A stretch of 64,000 nt of DNA from Candidatus Woesearchaeota archaeon. Its GTDB lineage: Archaea; Nanobdellota; Nanobdellia; Woesearchaeales; JAFGUC01. The notes beneath the pieces were generated by a model. It did not search any database, had not been told where the DNA came from, and worked only from the letters and a program-made list of their open reading frames with translations. The stretch spans positions 119,213 to 183,212 of the forward strand of contig JAFGUC010000043.1 of the NCBI GenBank assembly GCA_016938695.1, written 5' to 3'. Below, in pieces: positions 28,954 to 38,391 of the stretch (position 1 is the first letter of the stretch; every line of letters begins with the position of its first letter). A program made the position numbers and the translations under genes.

Positions 28954-30068
28954 ACATCGATTTTTTTTACATAGGATGCTTGGTAATATTTGGAATAATA
29001 TCATCATTTACAGATATAAGATCAAAAAAAATAAGAAATTCAACAATTGTTCTTGCATTAATAAGTAAAATAATTCTAGATACAATCGCAATACTCGCAA
29101 ATCAGTACTCGAGTGAAAACATATTATCAAGTTACAAAAATATGCTCTTTTTTTTTGGAATTACAATAGTACTATATATTTTCAATTTAATGAATGCTGG
29201 CGATGTTAAATACACAACAATAATTACAGGCCTAATACCTATTAGATTTCACATACAATCAATGTTTGGTGAAAGAGTTTTAACGTTCATATTTTTTTCA
29301 ATGGGAATTATTTTTATAGGAGACATCATAACTCAAATAAGAAAAAAACAATTTTTGAAAAGTATCAAAAAAACACTAAATCTTAAAAAAATAATTTTAC
29401 AAATCATAACAATATTTCCAGCATATTTAATTTTAATTTTCATTGCACAAAAATTCGGAACAAACATAAACACAGTTCTCAGAATAATGATAACTTATAT
29501 TGCAATGGATTTCATAAGAAAATTAAAACCTAATTATCAAAAAATTGTTCTTGTAATCACAACTATTATTGGAATACTATTAAATTTTAATATAATATCT
29601 GATATTACATTCTGGAAAGATTACATAATATTCACAACAATATATATGACGTTCAGAATACTAATGAGTAATTTAGTCGAAAATAGCAATTATAAAATAA
29701 AAAATATAATCCATCTAAAACCAACCGATACACCTTATGAGAATATAAAATATGAAATAGAATTAATACATTCTAAAAAAATAAAACTTGAAAAAATAAA
29801 TTACAAAATATTTACAAATCCAACATACACTTTTGAAAATCATATATATCACTTCTTCAGAATCAAATCATTCAAAAAAGTAAGAGAATTTCCAATATCA
29901 ACAAATCATGAATTTGTTTTTGATAATAAAAAAATAATCGACTCTAACACAAGATTTAAATTAGAAAAACTAGAAATACATAAATTAAAAATACATAAAA
30001 AAATTGCAATCTGCCCATTTATCAATTTAGGAATAATATTATTTATTATAAAAAATCTATTTTTTTAA
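28950..30068 (+). CDS. A24-family prepilin/preflagellin peptidase (PibD/FlaK/EppA-like) with a C-terminal extension of about 130 aa
   Basis: The two catalytic Asp motifs have the expected spacing: SSFTD(22)IRSKKIRN and NAGD(85)VKYT (the GxGD-like motif). The core has multiple TM helices. The C-terminal part is K-rich and soluble. Confidence 0.75.
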   Translation: MNIDFFYIGCLVIFGIISSFTDIRSKKIRNSTIVLALISKIILDTIAILANQYSSENILSSYKNMLFFFGITIVLYIFNLMNAGDVKYTTIITGLIPIRFHIQSMFGERVLTFIFFSMGIIFIGDIITQIRKKQFLKSIKKTLNLKKIILQIITIFPAYLILIFIAQKFGTNINTVLRIMITYIAMDFIRKLKPNYQKIVLVITTIIGILLNFNIISDITFWKDYIIFTTIYMTFRILMSNLVENSNYKIKNIIHLKPTDTPYENIKYEIELIHSKKIKLEKINYKIFTNPTYTFENHIYHFFRIKSFKKVREFPISTNHEFVFDNKKIIDSNTRFKLEKLEIHKLKIHKKIAICPFINLGIILFIIKNLFF

Positions 30069-30989
30069 AATTGGACTAAACTCAGAATAACCATATAAAT
30101 CAACATATTCTTCCCAAGGACCTTCACATGCTTGATTCATAATGCAAGAATTACAAAAATCAAATTTCTTTTTTATTTGAATCCTAACACTATTCCAATC
30201 AAATTCTGATGATTCAACATTCTTGACATAATACTTTTCACCTTGAGAAAAAACTTGATTAAACATATAGTCTTGTTCTCGTAAAAAGCAAAAAGGAAAC
30301 GTTTCAATAGATAAAGAAACACCATTAAGTTTAGCATAATCAAAAACAGAATATAAAACATCTTTCAAATCAGAATAACGTGGAATAACAACATCACGAT
30401 ATTTCCAGGCATTTCCTAAACCATGTGGAAACGATAGTACTGTTCTTGAAACCCCAATATCAGATAGAATTTTAATAATATCTAGTAAATCAGACATATT
30501 TTTCTTAGATATTACAACCTTCCCAACAACATATTTATTTAATGATACAAGATTTTGTATTCCTTTAATAGTTTGATTAAATGAACCATTTTTTTGAGTT
30601 ATTGAATCATGAATTTGAGAATTAGAACCATGTACCGCAATTACAAAACCAGAAACATTCAAATCCTTAAATTTATCACTAAACTCAGGATAATAAAATG
30701 CTCGCCCATTAGTCTGAATAAAAACAGTCATACCTAGAGAATTTATTAATTTAATCAAATCAACTATATCTCGTCTAAAAGTTGGCTCTCCACCAGTTAA
30801 AGTAACTGCGTCAAATCCTTGAGAAGGCAAACCTATTATTTGATTTTTTAATTCATCATAAGTTAAATCAACAGGGATATTTTTATTTTTACATTCTAAA
30901 TAATGATCTTTAATAACACAATGAACACAATTATTATTACAACTATAACCAACCTTTAAATCATAACAATTCATCTTTGACGCATCCAA
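30057..30989 (-). CDS. hxsC: Radical SAM enzyme, HxsC-like
   Basis: It carries a CX3CX2C motif (GYSCNNNCVHC) and GGEPT. It is the last gene of an operon with an HxsB-like rSAM/SPASM enzyme, HxsD-like proteins and a His-x-Ser-containing protein. The track start at 30989 is a TTG. The ATG at 30974 forms an ATGA overlap with the hxsB-like stop and is the likelier start. Confidence 0.65.
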   Translation of the reverse strand: MDASKMNCYDLKVGYSCNNNCVHCVIKDHYLECKNKNIPVDLTYDELKNQIIGLPSQGFDAVTLTGGEPTFRRDIVDLIKLINSLGMTVFIQTNGRAFYYPEFSDKFKDLNVSGFVIAVHGSNSQIHDSITQKNGSFNQTIKGIQNLVSLNKYVVGKVVISKKNMSDLLDIIKILSDIGVSRTVLSFPHGLGNAWKYRDVVIPRYSDLKDVLYSVFDYAKLNGVSLSIETFPFCFLREQDYMFNQVFSQGEKYYVKNVESSEFDWNSVRIQIKKKFDFCNSCIMNQACEGPWEEYVDLYGYSEFSPILKK

Positions 30990-32446
30990 TTCATAAAAAT
31001 ATTAGAAATTTCAGTATCGTTTAACAATTTATCAAAAACATAATCAAAAACATACTTAAAAAATTTACATTTTGAATTCTTAGATAGTTTTGGAATAATA
31101 TTACCATCCTCTGCATAATTAATAACTGGACAAGTTCCACAATAAGGTTTATACACACAAGCACTACAAGCATAATTGTCAAGTATTGATGAATTAGACA
31201 AATTTATTGCTTTCTCAGAAGTTACAATATCATTATACGTATGCGTCTTAACATTACCTAACTTGAATTCTTCAAAAGCCCTACCTTCGTCACAAGAATA
31301 GATATCACCATTATAATTATAAGCTAACTGACCAAAAACAATGCCACAAGGACTTCTAAAATCCAAAAATCCAGGATCTCTACCACTCAAAATTTTAAAC
31401 AAAACCAATTTAATATAACGTTCTTCAAAATAAATTCCACTTTTATTTAATTCAATGATATAATCAACAGATTTTTTCCAGAATTCTAAAAACTCATCAA
31501 TAGTATAACCAATTTCACCCCAAGTTTTCTCTGCAAATCCAAGTTTATTTATATATTTTAATTGAATTGAATTTTGACCCATTCTAAGATATTCATCAAT
31601 AATTTCTCTTGGTTTAGATAAACTTTTACGTGTTGTAACCATCAAATAATTTGCTGTAAGACCATACTCTTTTTTCAAAATTTCAGACGTTGCTAAAACA
31701 GAATCATATGTAGAATCATATTTAACATTATTTAACATATTCAATCCATTGAAATGCCCATCAAAACATCTATTATTATCATGTAATTCTTTAAATCCAT
31801 CCAAAGAAGAATTAATTGAAATTTTATGCTCATCAATAAACTCAACAATATCTCTATCTAATAAAGTTAAATTTGTAACCAAACAAAAACGTATTTCTTT
31901 TTTTATTTCTCTATTTTTTGCTTCAGAATACAAAACAATATTTTTGAATAATTTCTTATTCAACATAGAATCTCCACCTTGAAATTCAATTGTCAATGTT
32001 TTTGAAGGAGATTGAAAAATGAAATCAACTGTTGATTTATAGACTTCATCATTCATATCGAAATCAGAAGAGTCATCTACACGCCTAACAGAACTATGAC
32101 AATAAACACATTTGAAATTACATCGTAACGTTGGAACAATAATATGTAAAGAAGTAGGGTTAAACAGACTTTGAAATTTATTCAAATACAAATTTTTAAC
32201 AGAATTAAAATTGCGATTAAGTAAAATAAATCCATATTTTTCCAAATCACTAAATAATGAGGATGATTGGTCTATTGTTCCACTACGTAATTGTGTAAAT
32301 TCCGAATCATCTAAAAAAATCCATGAACCAGAATCATTAGTTAATAGATATTTCTCACCAAATTTTTTAAACAAAAAGTAGTTAAGAATATAATCCATTT
32401 TCTCAAAATTTAAAAAAAAACTTTTTACCATTTTTCTATAAAACAT
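30971..32446 (-). CDS. hxsB: Radical SAM/SPASM-domain maturase, HxsB-like
   Basis: It carries CX3CX2C (LRCNFKCVYCHSS) and a C-terminal Cys cluster (CSACVYKPYCGTCPV...CKFF) typical of SPASM domains. The size is 475-491 aa. The internal ATG at 32398 (MDYILNYFLFKKFGEKYLL) is an alternative start. Confidence 0.7.
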   Translation of the reverse strand: MFYRKMVKSFFLNFEKMDYILNYFLFKKFGEKYLLTNDSGSWIFLDDSEFTQLRSGTIDQSSSLFSDLEKYGFILLNRNFNSVKNLYLNKFQSLFNPTSLHIIVPTLRCNFKCVYCHSSVRRVDDSSDFDMNDEVYKSTVDFIFQSPSKTLTIEFQGGDSMLNKKLFKNIVLYSEAKNREIKKEIRFCLVTNLTLLDRDIVEFIDEHKISINSSLDGFKELHDNNRCFDGHFNGLNMLNNVKYDSTYDSVLATSEILKKEYGLTANYLMVTTRKSLSKPREIIDEYLRMGQNSIQLKYINKLGFAEKTWGEIGYTIDEFLEFWKKSVDYIIELNKSGIYFEERYIKLVLFKILSGRDPGFLDFRSPCGIVFGQLAYNYNGDIYSCDEGRAFEEFKLGNVKTHTYNDIVTSEKAINLSNSSILDNYACSACVYKPYCGTCPVINYAEDGNIIPKLSKNSKCKFFKYVFDYVFDKLLNDTEISNIFMNWMRQR

Positions 32447-32652
32447 TCATTTAATGCAAGATTACAAAAATTGAGTACATCTATTTTGAAATCCAAATCA
32501 GAACCATTAAATCTAACAATAACAGATTCTAAATCCTCATCAACAGTAATAAAATCAAACTGAGCAGCAAGATTAATCAATTTTAAAGACGAATAATAAT
32601 ACTTAGAAAATCTAACTAATGCACCATCACCTTGAAAATTAACTAAAGACAT
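32425..32652 (-). CDS. Small protein (75 aa), possible second HxsD-like protein
   Basis: I trimmed the track ORF 32425..32766 to the ATG at 32652 to remove the overlap with the upstream gene. The sequence is MSLVNFQGDGALVRFSKYYY...DFKIDVLNFCNLALNECFIEKW. It shows weak resemblance to the HxsD motif region. Confidence 0.4.
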   Translation of the reverse strand: MSLVNFQGDGALVRFSKYYYSSLKLINLAAQFDFITVDEDLESVIVRFNGSDLDFKIDVLNFCNLALNECFIEKW

Positions 32653-32665
32653 CGTATTTAAGATT

Positions 32666-33085
32666 CTAAGAATCGTCCTCCCATTCTTCAAAAATTTTTT
32701 CAACATCATCAATATCTGAGTGTGAATCATTATTTGGAGAAGGAATTTTTGATTCTGAAGTTGCATTCGCTAATAGATTAGTCATCAAAAAATCTCGAAA
32801 CTTCTTAGAATCCTCTGAAAAAACAAAATAACTCGCATAAGTTAAAAGTTCATCGTTAAACAATCTTATCAACTCACCAAGCCCTACTGAATCATCTAAA
32901 GGTCTTATTTCAACCTTAATAACTTCATCAGGATTACCACCCAAGATAACCGATGCTTTATCCATAAGAATATATGCTGCTTGATAAACTACCTTCAAAG
33001 GATATATCTTTGGATTAATATCGAATAAAACATAATCGTTGCTAGAATCATAAAAGATATTTCTAAGACCGTTATAACTTTCCAT
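32666..33085 (-). CDS. hxsD: HxsD-like protein, 139 aa
   Basis: The segment IRLFNDELLTYASY resembles the LLNDYxLRE signature after which the HxsD family (TIGR03976) was originally named. The gene sits between the HxS-containing gene and the paired rSAM genes. Confidence 0.5.
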   Translation of the reverse strand: MESYNGLRNIFYDSSNDYVLFDINPKIYPLKVVYQAAYILMDKASVILGGNPDEVIKVEIRPLDDSVGLGELIRLFNDELLTYASYFVFSEDSKKFRDFLMTNLLANATSESKIPSPNNDSHSDIDDVEKIFEEWEDDS

Positions 33086-33138
33086 AACAGAAAAAATAAA
33101 ACAGCAATTTATATATTTTTCTTAAGAAAAAGAAAACT

Positions 33139-33642
33139 TTACCAACCTAGACCTGAATCTCCACCAGTACTAACTGAACCACTATTACGCACCCTATTAA
33201 GGCCTTCAGAATAAGAATGACTGTGTGATACAGATAAAGAGTTACTAGCTTCAGAATAAGCATAAGAATCATTATGAGTATAACAAGCCACATTAAAGTC
33301 AACTGTAATAGACTGAGACTCAGAACAACTCGCATGACCAAACCATCCACCAGAACCATGACAACTCGCATGAGTATCCCCACTATAAGGATAATAAGTT
33401 CCATCTTTACAAAACGCCAAGTTTGAAGAAGTACTCATTTTTGCTTTAATAGCCTCAGTTGAAACAGTAATAGCATCTACAGAATTACTACCGTGACCAG
33501 CATAAACAGAATTATCAGAAAATATAAATTTCATAAAACCTACAGACAAAAGAAATCCTTTCAAAACATCTTCTTTCTTAAGAAAACCATCCTCATTTCT
33601 CAAAAAATCAACAACTTTTTTTTTAACTGAAGGAATTCTCAT
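33139..33642 (-). CDS. hxsA: His/Ser/Cys-rich protein with His-Xaa-Ser motifs, HxsA-like putative substrate (167 aa)
   Basis: The central and C-terminal parts contain HGS, HAS, HGS and HAS triplets (AGHGSNS; THASCHGSGGWFGHASCSES) plus SVSHSHSYS. An N-terminal hydrophobic stretch is present. The start overlaps the upstream Cys-rich protein gene (ATGA). Confidence 0.6.
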   Translation of the reverse strand: MRIPSVKKKVVDFLRNEDGFLKKEDVLKGFLLSVGFMKFIFSDNSVYAGHGSNSVDAITVSTEAIKAKMSTSSNLAFCKDGTYYPYSGDTHASCHGSGGWFGHASCSESQSITVDFNVACYTHNDSYAYSEASNSLSVSHSHSYSEGLNRVRNSGSVSTGGDSGLGW

Positions 33643-34670
33643 TTTTGAAACATCTCCACCAAAGTAAGACAGTCTGTTGAAGTCATGACACCATTATCTT
33701 CAAAATCAGCACAAATATCATTCAACGTACCTTGATTTAAATATTTTGCGTTACACAAATAATCATAAGTTTTAGTAGATGAAACATCAAACGAAGAATC
33801 GTCACAAGGATCCTTTACATATTGAGTAGCATAACAAATTTCTTTTGCGGAACTTTCGAGCATACTAGCACATACAGCATTCTTATTAAAAACAGATGCA
33901 ACACTAAGAAACATAACAAATTTAGAAGAATCATCCAAACCATAAGAATCTTTAGCAACAGTATCTTTAATGAAGGACTCACATTTATCGGAATCTACTG
34001 AATCTTCACAAGTTAAATTGTTATCTTTAAAGCAATTAAGAACTCTTAAAGAATCATCAATCAACATACAATCATCACCAGACGATATCAAACCATCAAT
34101 ACAATTAAACCTCACTTCAGAATCCGCAATATCAGAACAATAACTTATACCGCCAACGGTTTGAGCATAAACCAAAAGACAGTAATCATTTGTACAAAAT
34201 GAAGAATCCTTTGATGCATTAGCAAGTGTCATCTCACAAAAAAAGTCACCAGAACAACTAAAAGAATCCATTTCATTGTACAAAACTTTAATACAATACG
34301 AATTACTTAAACCGATACACAAACTAGAATCTTTTCTCGACATAGAATAATTAACAAGACACTGAGAAAAAACAGCATCAGAATATCCACCAAGAGATAA
34401 AAGTTCACAAGGATTTACTTCAAGCAAATTACCAGTACATAAACCTCTTAAATCTTCATCGGAAATCTGCGAACATACAGATTTGTCTTTCAAAAAATAA
34501 AGACTCCTAAACGCACAAGCAGTAGAGTCAACTCCAGTACAATCAACATTTACAGTTATATCAACAACTGGTTGATTTCTAAACAGAAAAAAAACTGCAA
34601 CTATAATTACAACAAAAGCCAAAAGGTAAAATTTATATTCAAAAACCTTCTTTTGTTTAGTACGCCGCAT
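33639..34670 (-). CDS. Membrane-anchored Cys-rich protein, 343 aa; first gene of the Hxs-like operon
   Basis: The N-terminal TM helix is FYLLAFVVIIVAVFFLF. It is followed by many Cys residues in loosely repeating D/S-x-x-x-C contexts. Confidence 0.7.
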   Translation of the reverse strand: MRRTKQKKVFEYKFYLLAFVVIIVAVFFLFRNQPVVDITVNVDCTGVDSTACAFRSLYFLKDKSVCSQISDEDLRGLCTGNLLEVNPCELLSLGGYSDAVFSQCLVNYSMSRKDSSLCIGLSNSYCIKVLYNEMDSFSCSGDFFCEMTLANASKDSSFCTNDYCLLVYAQTVGGISYCSDIADSEVRFNCIDGLISSGDDCMLIDDSLRVLNCFKDNNLTCEDSVDSDKCESFIKDTVAKDSYGLDDSSKFVMFLSVASVFNKNAVCASMLESSAKEICYATQYVKDPCDDSSFDVSSTKTYDYLCNAKYLNQGTLNDICADFEDNGVMTSTDCLTLVEMFQK

Positions 34671-34724
34671 AGAATGATAAAAGAATAATTTATTTATAAA
34701 ACTTAGTTACTATTTATAAGGGAC

Positions 34725-35696
34725 ATGGGACTTAACCAAATATTTCTAACCAGAGAATGTAAACGAAATTGTAATTTTTGCTTTGCTAAAGAAGTTAATA
34801 AATTCAAAGACTACACCAGTTATGAAGACTACACAAAATATCTTGAGATTCTGAAAAAACACACAAAATACAAAAGAATTCATCTTCTAGGGGGAGAACC
34901 ACTTCTTAATCCAAATTTTGACAAAATATTAAAAACAACATTAGAAAACGAATTTAAAATTACAATATCGACAAGCGGAATTGAAAACTTTGGAAAAATC
35001 AAACACATTCTAAATGAAAAAACAGAATTTTCATTTACATATCCTTTAAACTCAGAAAAAAAAGAAAAAATTATGAACAACATAAAAGAATTATCCAATC
35101 AAGGAATTAAAATAACACCAAGCATAGTAATAGAAAATTATCAATTCAATAAAGAATTAATTGAAGAATTAAAAAATTTAAAAGTAGACACAGTAATAAT
35201 AACACCACCACTACCAAATTTTGAACATTCAAATACATACAAAAAAGAATTTGATAAAGAATATTCTCAAAACCTGCTAAAAATTATAAACGAAATATTA
35301 AATAATAATATTAAGATAAGGCAAGATTGTTCAATGCCAATATGCGTCTTTAACAAACAAGATGCATTAAAATTAATCAAAAAAGGTTTTAATTTTGGGA
35401 AATGCACAATCAAAATTGGAAACGAAAATGGAATTTTTGTTGGACCTAACCTAGACATATTCTTATGTCCTATATTTTCAAACCCTATTGGAAATCTTAA
35501 AAAAAATTCAATCGAAACAATTCTAAAAAGAAAAAAAGAATTAGAAAAAATACTCTGCTTTGGATTCAATGAAAAATGCAAATCATGCATTTTATTCAAA
35601 AACCAAATTTGTATTCCTTGTGCATCCTATACATCATATAAAAATAAAACAAAAATAAATGAATATCTAAAAATCATAAAAAATGAACAAAATTAA
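34725..35696 (+). CDS. Radical SAM enzyme with C-terminal Cys cluster (SPASM/twitch-like), 323 aa
   Basis: It carries CX3CX2C (ECKRNCNFCFA), GGEPLL, and the C-terminal cluster CPIF...CFGFNEKCKSCILFKNQICIPC. Confidence 0.75.
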   Translation: MGLNQIFLTRECKRNCNFCFAKEVNKFKDYTSYEDYTKYLEILKKHTKYKRIHLLGGEPLLNPNFDKILKTTLENEFKITISTSGIENFGKIKHILNEKTEFSFTYPLNSEKKEKIMNNIKELSNQGIKITPSIVIENYQFNKELIEELKNLKVDTVIITPPLPNFEHSNTYKKEFDKEYSQNLLKIINEILNNNIKIRQDCSMPICVFNKQDALKLIKKGFNFGKCTIKIGNENGIFVGPNLDIFLCPIFSNPIGNLKKNSIETILKRKKELEKILCFGFNEKCKSCILFKNQICIPCASYTSYKNKTKINEYLKIIKNEQN

Positions 35697-36534
35697 AGAA
35701 GAATTACAAAAAGCATTGAATGCTAATACCATTTTGATAAAGCAAAAACTTATTGGTAGTTGTAAAAACTACATCATACAAACAGATCAAAAAAACTTAT
35801 TTCTAAAAGCATATTACAATAGTCACAATAGAAAATTCACAGAAATAATAAAAACCAAGGCCCATGAAGAAATAAGAGAGAAATGGATTAAAAATAAAGT
35901 AAACATTCCAACACCTCTAAAAAGCATAATAATCAACAAAGTACTCTTTGAAGTATATGAGATTACAAATAACAAAAGAATAGAACTAACTGAAATCAAT
36001 ATCAAAAAAATAATTGAAAACATAAAAAAAATTCAAACAACAAGAACAGAATACATAAACGACAAATTCAAAAACGATATTTTAACATTCCCAAAAGTCC
36101 AAAACATAAAAAATGAATCGAAAATCAATACCATAATTAATGAACTTAAAAAAAATATCGACAATATAGAATTTTGCGTATGCCACGGCGATCTAACATT
36201 AAAAAATATTTACTCTGAAAGAAATAAAATATTATTTCGAGATTTTGAAAATATTGATTATCTACCAAAAATATACGATTTATCAAAATTGATAATTTCT
36301 GCTAAATTAGCGAATTATTCTGAAGAAATAATCCAGAAAATAATAGATGAGTATACAACAGAAATTAATCCTAACAACATAGAAATAGAAAATATTGAAA
36401 ACTTGAACATATTTATTTTAATAACACAAATATTGGCATATCAACAACAGCAAAAAAATAAAGAAGCAGATGAATTAATCAGAAATTTAAATAAAATAAT
36501 TGAAAAAATCAATTGCAAGAGTAATCAACACTAA
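35683..36534 (+). CDS. APH/choline-kinase-fold small-molecule or peptide kinase, 283 aa
   Basis: The catalytic loop is CHGDLTLKNIY, followed by FRDFENIDY (the D-[FW]-E metal-binding motif). It overlaps the upstream rSAM gene by 14 nt. Confidence 0.65.
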   Translation: MNKIKEELQKALNANTILIKQKLIGSCKNYIIQTDQKNLFLKAYYNSHNRKFTEIIKTKAHEEIREKWIKNKVNIPTPLKSIIINKVLFEVYEITNNKRIELTEINIKKIIENIKKIQTTRTEYINDKFKNDILTFPKVQNIKNESKINTIINELKKNIDNIEFCVCHGDLTLKNIYSERNKILFRDFENIDYLPKIYDLSKLIISAKLANYSEEIIQKIIDEYTTEINPNNIEIENIENLNIFILITQILAYQQQQKNKEADELIRNLNKIIEKINCKSNQH

Positions 36535-36796
36535 AAGAAGATAAACCATCACTTAGATTAATACTAAAAAAGACATTATTAAAACCCCGTATCAAATCTA
36601 CTGAATACGATAAACCATAATCAGCAATATAAAAAACACAAGCTTGATTTTTTGGAGAATAAACATTCAAACCAATAGTATCATTCGTAGAATTAATTGC
36701 GGGAGTTAAAGTTAAATTTTTAATATCTAAAAGAGGTTCAACAGTACATGCAACAATAAAAATCAACAATCCAATCAACAAAAACAACAATTTCAT
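36509..36796 (-). CDS. Small secreted protein or lipoprotein, 95 aa
   Basis: The signal peptide MKLLFLLIGLLIFIVAC has a lipobox-like VAC. Confidence 0.5.
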   Translation of the reverse strand: MKLLFLLIGLLIFIVACTVEPLLDIKNLTLTPAINSTNDTIGLNVYSPKNQACVFYIADYGLSYSVDLIRGFNNVFFSINLSDGLSSFSVDYSCN

Positions 36797-36801
36797 ATAG
36801 T

Positions 36802-37620
36802 TTACCTCTTATAACGTATTAAAACAAAAAAATATTTCAAAAGTTCAATAAATACTCTTCTAATCTTCATCAGTATTTTAAATTTACTACAATAAAGATT
36901 ATAAAATTTAAACCAATACTTCAAATTTTTTAATCGATTATCTGAAAAATTGTTATTATGAACTCTAAATTTAGATATAAACTTAGAAAAATGCAGGATA
37001 ACAAAATTAGAATTTAGAAATCTAAAAAAAAGTTCAATATCAACCAATCGTAAAAAATCAACATTATATCCCCCTAATTTTCGAAATGCATCTACACTAT
37101 ATACAAAAGCTGAATGTTTAAAAGGTATAAAAAAAGAAGAAAATATTTTTTTCTTAAAAACATCTCTAGAAAAATATTTATATCTTCTAAAACCAATTTT
37201 TTCAGAATTATAATTAATTAACAAAATATTACCAAAAATAAAATCAGGGTAATTCTTCTTAACTAGAAAATCAAAAACCAACTCTAAAGAATTTTCTACT
37301 AACTCATCATCAGAATCTAAAACATATATATATCGACCTGTAGATTTTAAAACACCAAAATTTCTTGTCGAACTAATACCATCATGATTCCTAAAAAAAA
37401 CCTTAATATTAAAGCCCACTGAAGTAAATTTAGAACACAAACTAACTAAATAATTTTTAAAATTTAAACTAGAACCATCATCAACAACAATAATCTCAAA
37501 ATTCTTGAAACTTTGTAATATCGCACTTTGAAGAGATTTCTCGATGAAATCAAAACTATTATAAGTTGCAATTACTATCGAAAAAAAAGGACTATGACTA
37601 ACACCAATACTAGTATTCAT
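36802..37620 (-). CDS. Family 2 glycosyltransferase
   Basis: FSIVIATYNSFDFIEKSLQSAILQSFKNFEIIVVDDGSS and YVLDSDDE (DxD) are GT2 hallmarks. Confidence 0.85.
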   Translation of the reverse strand: MNTSIGVSHSPFFSIVIATYNSFDFIEKSLQSAILQSFKNFEIIVVDDGSSLNFKNYLVSLCSKFTSVGFNIKVFFRNHDGISSTRNFGVLKSTGRYIYVLDSDDELVENSLELVFDFLVKKNYPDFIFGNILLINYNSEKIGFRRYKYFSRDVFKKKIFSSFFIPFKHSAFVYSVDAFRKLGGYNVDFLRLVDIELFFRFLNSNFVILHFSKFISKFRVHNNNFSDNRLKNLKYWFKFYNLYCSKFKILMKIRRVFIELLKYFFVLIRYKR

Positions 37621-38391
37621 ACATATCTAAATAAAATCGGAGAATATAAAGATTTCACTAAATTTCTAATAATATCTAAAATAAAAGAATATAAAGCAGG
37701 TTTTTTTTTGGGAAACTTCTGGTTTCTCTTTGAAACAATAATATGGATTACAATATACGTATTTTTAATTCAAATAATTCTTAGAAAAAATGAAAGTAAT
37801 TTCATATTCTACATAACCCCAGGAGTATTATCTTGGATTTGGTTCAGAAGAACAGTATCTTCAACAACAACAATATTTAAAAGAAATAAAGAAATGATTA
37901 GAAACTGTTACTTTCCCAAATACATCTTAATTCTATCCGAAAACATCTTACAGCTCATAAATTTTATAGTTACATTAATTATTGCAACCATTGTATTAAA
38001 CATCTTTGGGAAAATATCGACACAATATACCCTAATGATAATTCCAATAATTGTAATTCAATTTTTATTTACATTAGGAATAACTGGAATTATTTCAAAT
38101 ATAACTGTATTTTTCAAAGATTTTGAAAAAATAGTCAATTACGCATTACAAATATTATTTTATATCTCGCCCGGACTTTATTCTGTACATGACGTTCCAG
38201 AAAAACTAAGAACTATATTTTCATTAAATCCATTTACAACCATCTTCTCATCATATAGAGATGTACTTATTTTTGCTCAAATGCCAGGATTAACAAGACT
38301 TACAATAATTCTAACAATATCAATAACGATAATTATAATTTCGATAAAATTAATTGCAAAATTTGAGGGGAACTATGCAAAAGAAATCTAG
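37594..38391 (+). CDS. ABC-2 type polysaccharide/teichoic-acid exporter permease (Wzm/TagG-like)
   Basis: The N-terminal region is YKDFTKFLIISKIKEYKAGFFLGNFWFLFETIIW, followed by 6 TM helices. I trimmed the track ORF (37528) to the ATG at 37594. That start still overlaps the divergent GT2 start by 27 nt. Confidence 0.75.
   Translation: MTNTNTSIHTYLNKIGEYKDFTKFLIISKIKEYKAGFFLGNFWFLFETIIWITIYVFLIQIILRKNESNFIFYITPGVLSWIWFRRTVSSTTTIFKRNKEMIRNCYFPKYILILSENILQLINFIVTLIIATIVLNIFGKISTQYTLMIIPIIVIQFLFTLGITGIISNITVFFKDFEKIVNYALQILFYISPGLYSVHDVPEKLRTIFSLNPFTTIFSSYRDVLIFAQMPGLTRLTIILTISITIIIISIKLIAKFEGNYAKEI

Noticed and set aside
33147-33404. An 85-aa ORF in another frame of the HxsA-like gene.
   Set aside because: It is on the same strand but in an alternate frame, wholly inside the 167-aa ORF. 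That ORF is translationally coupled to its neighbours.
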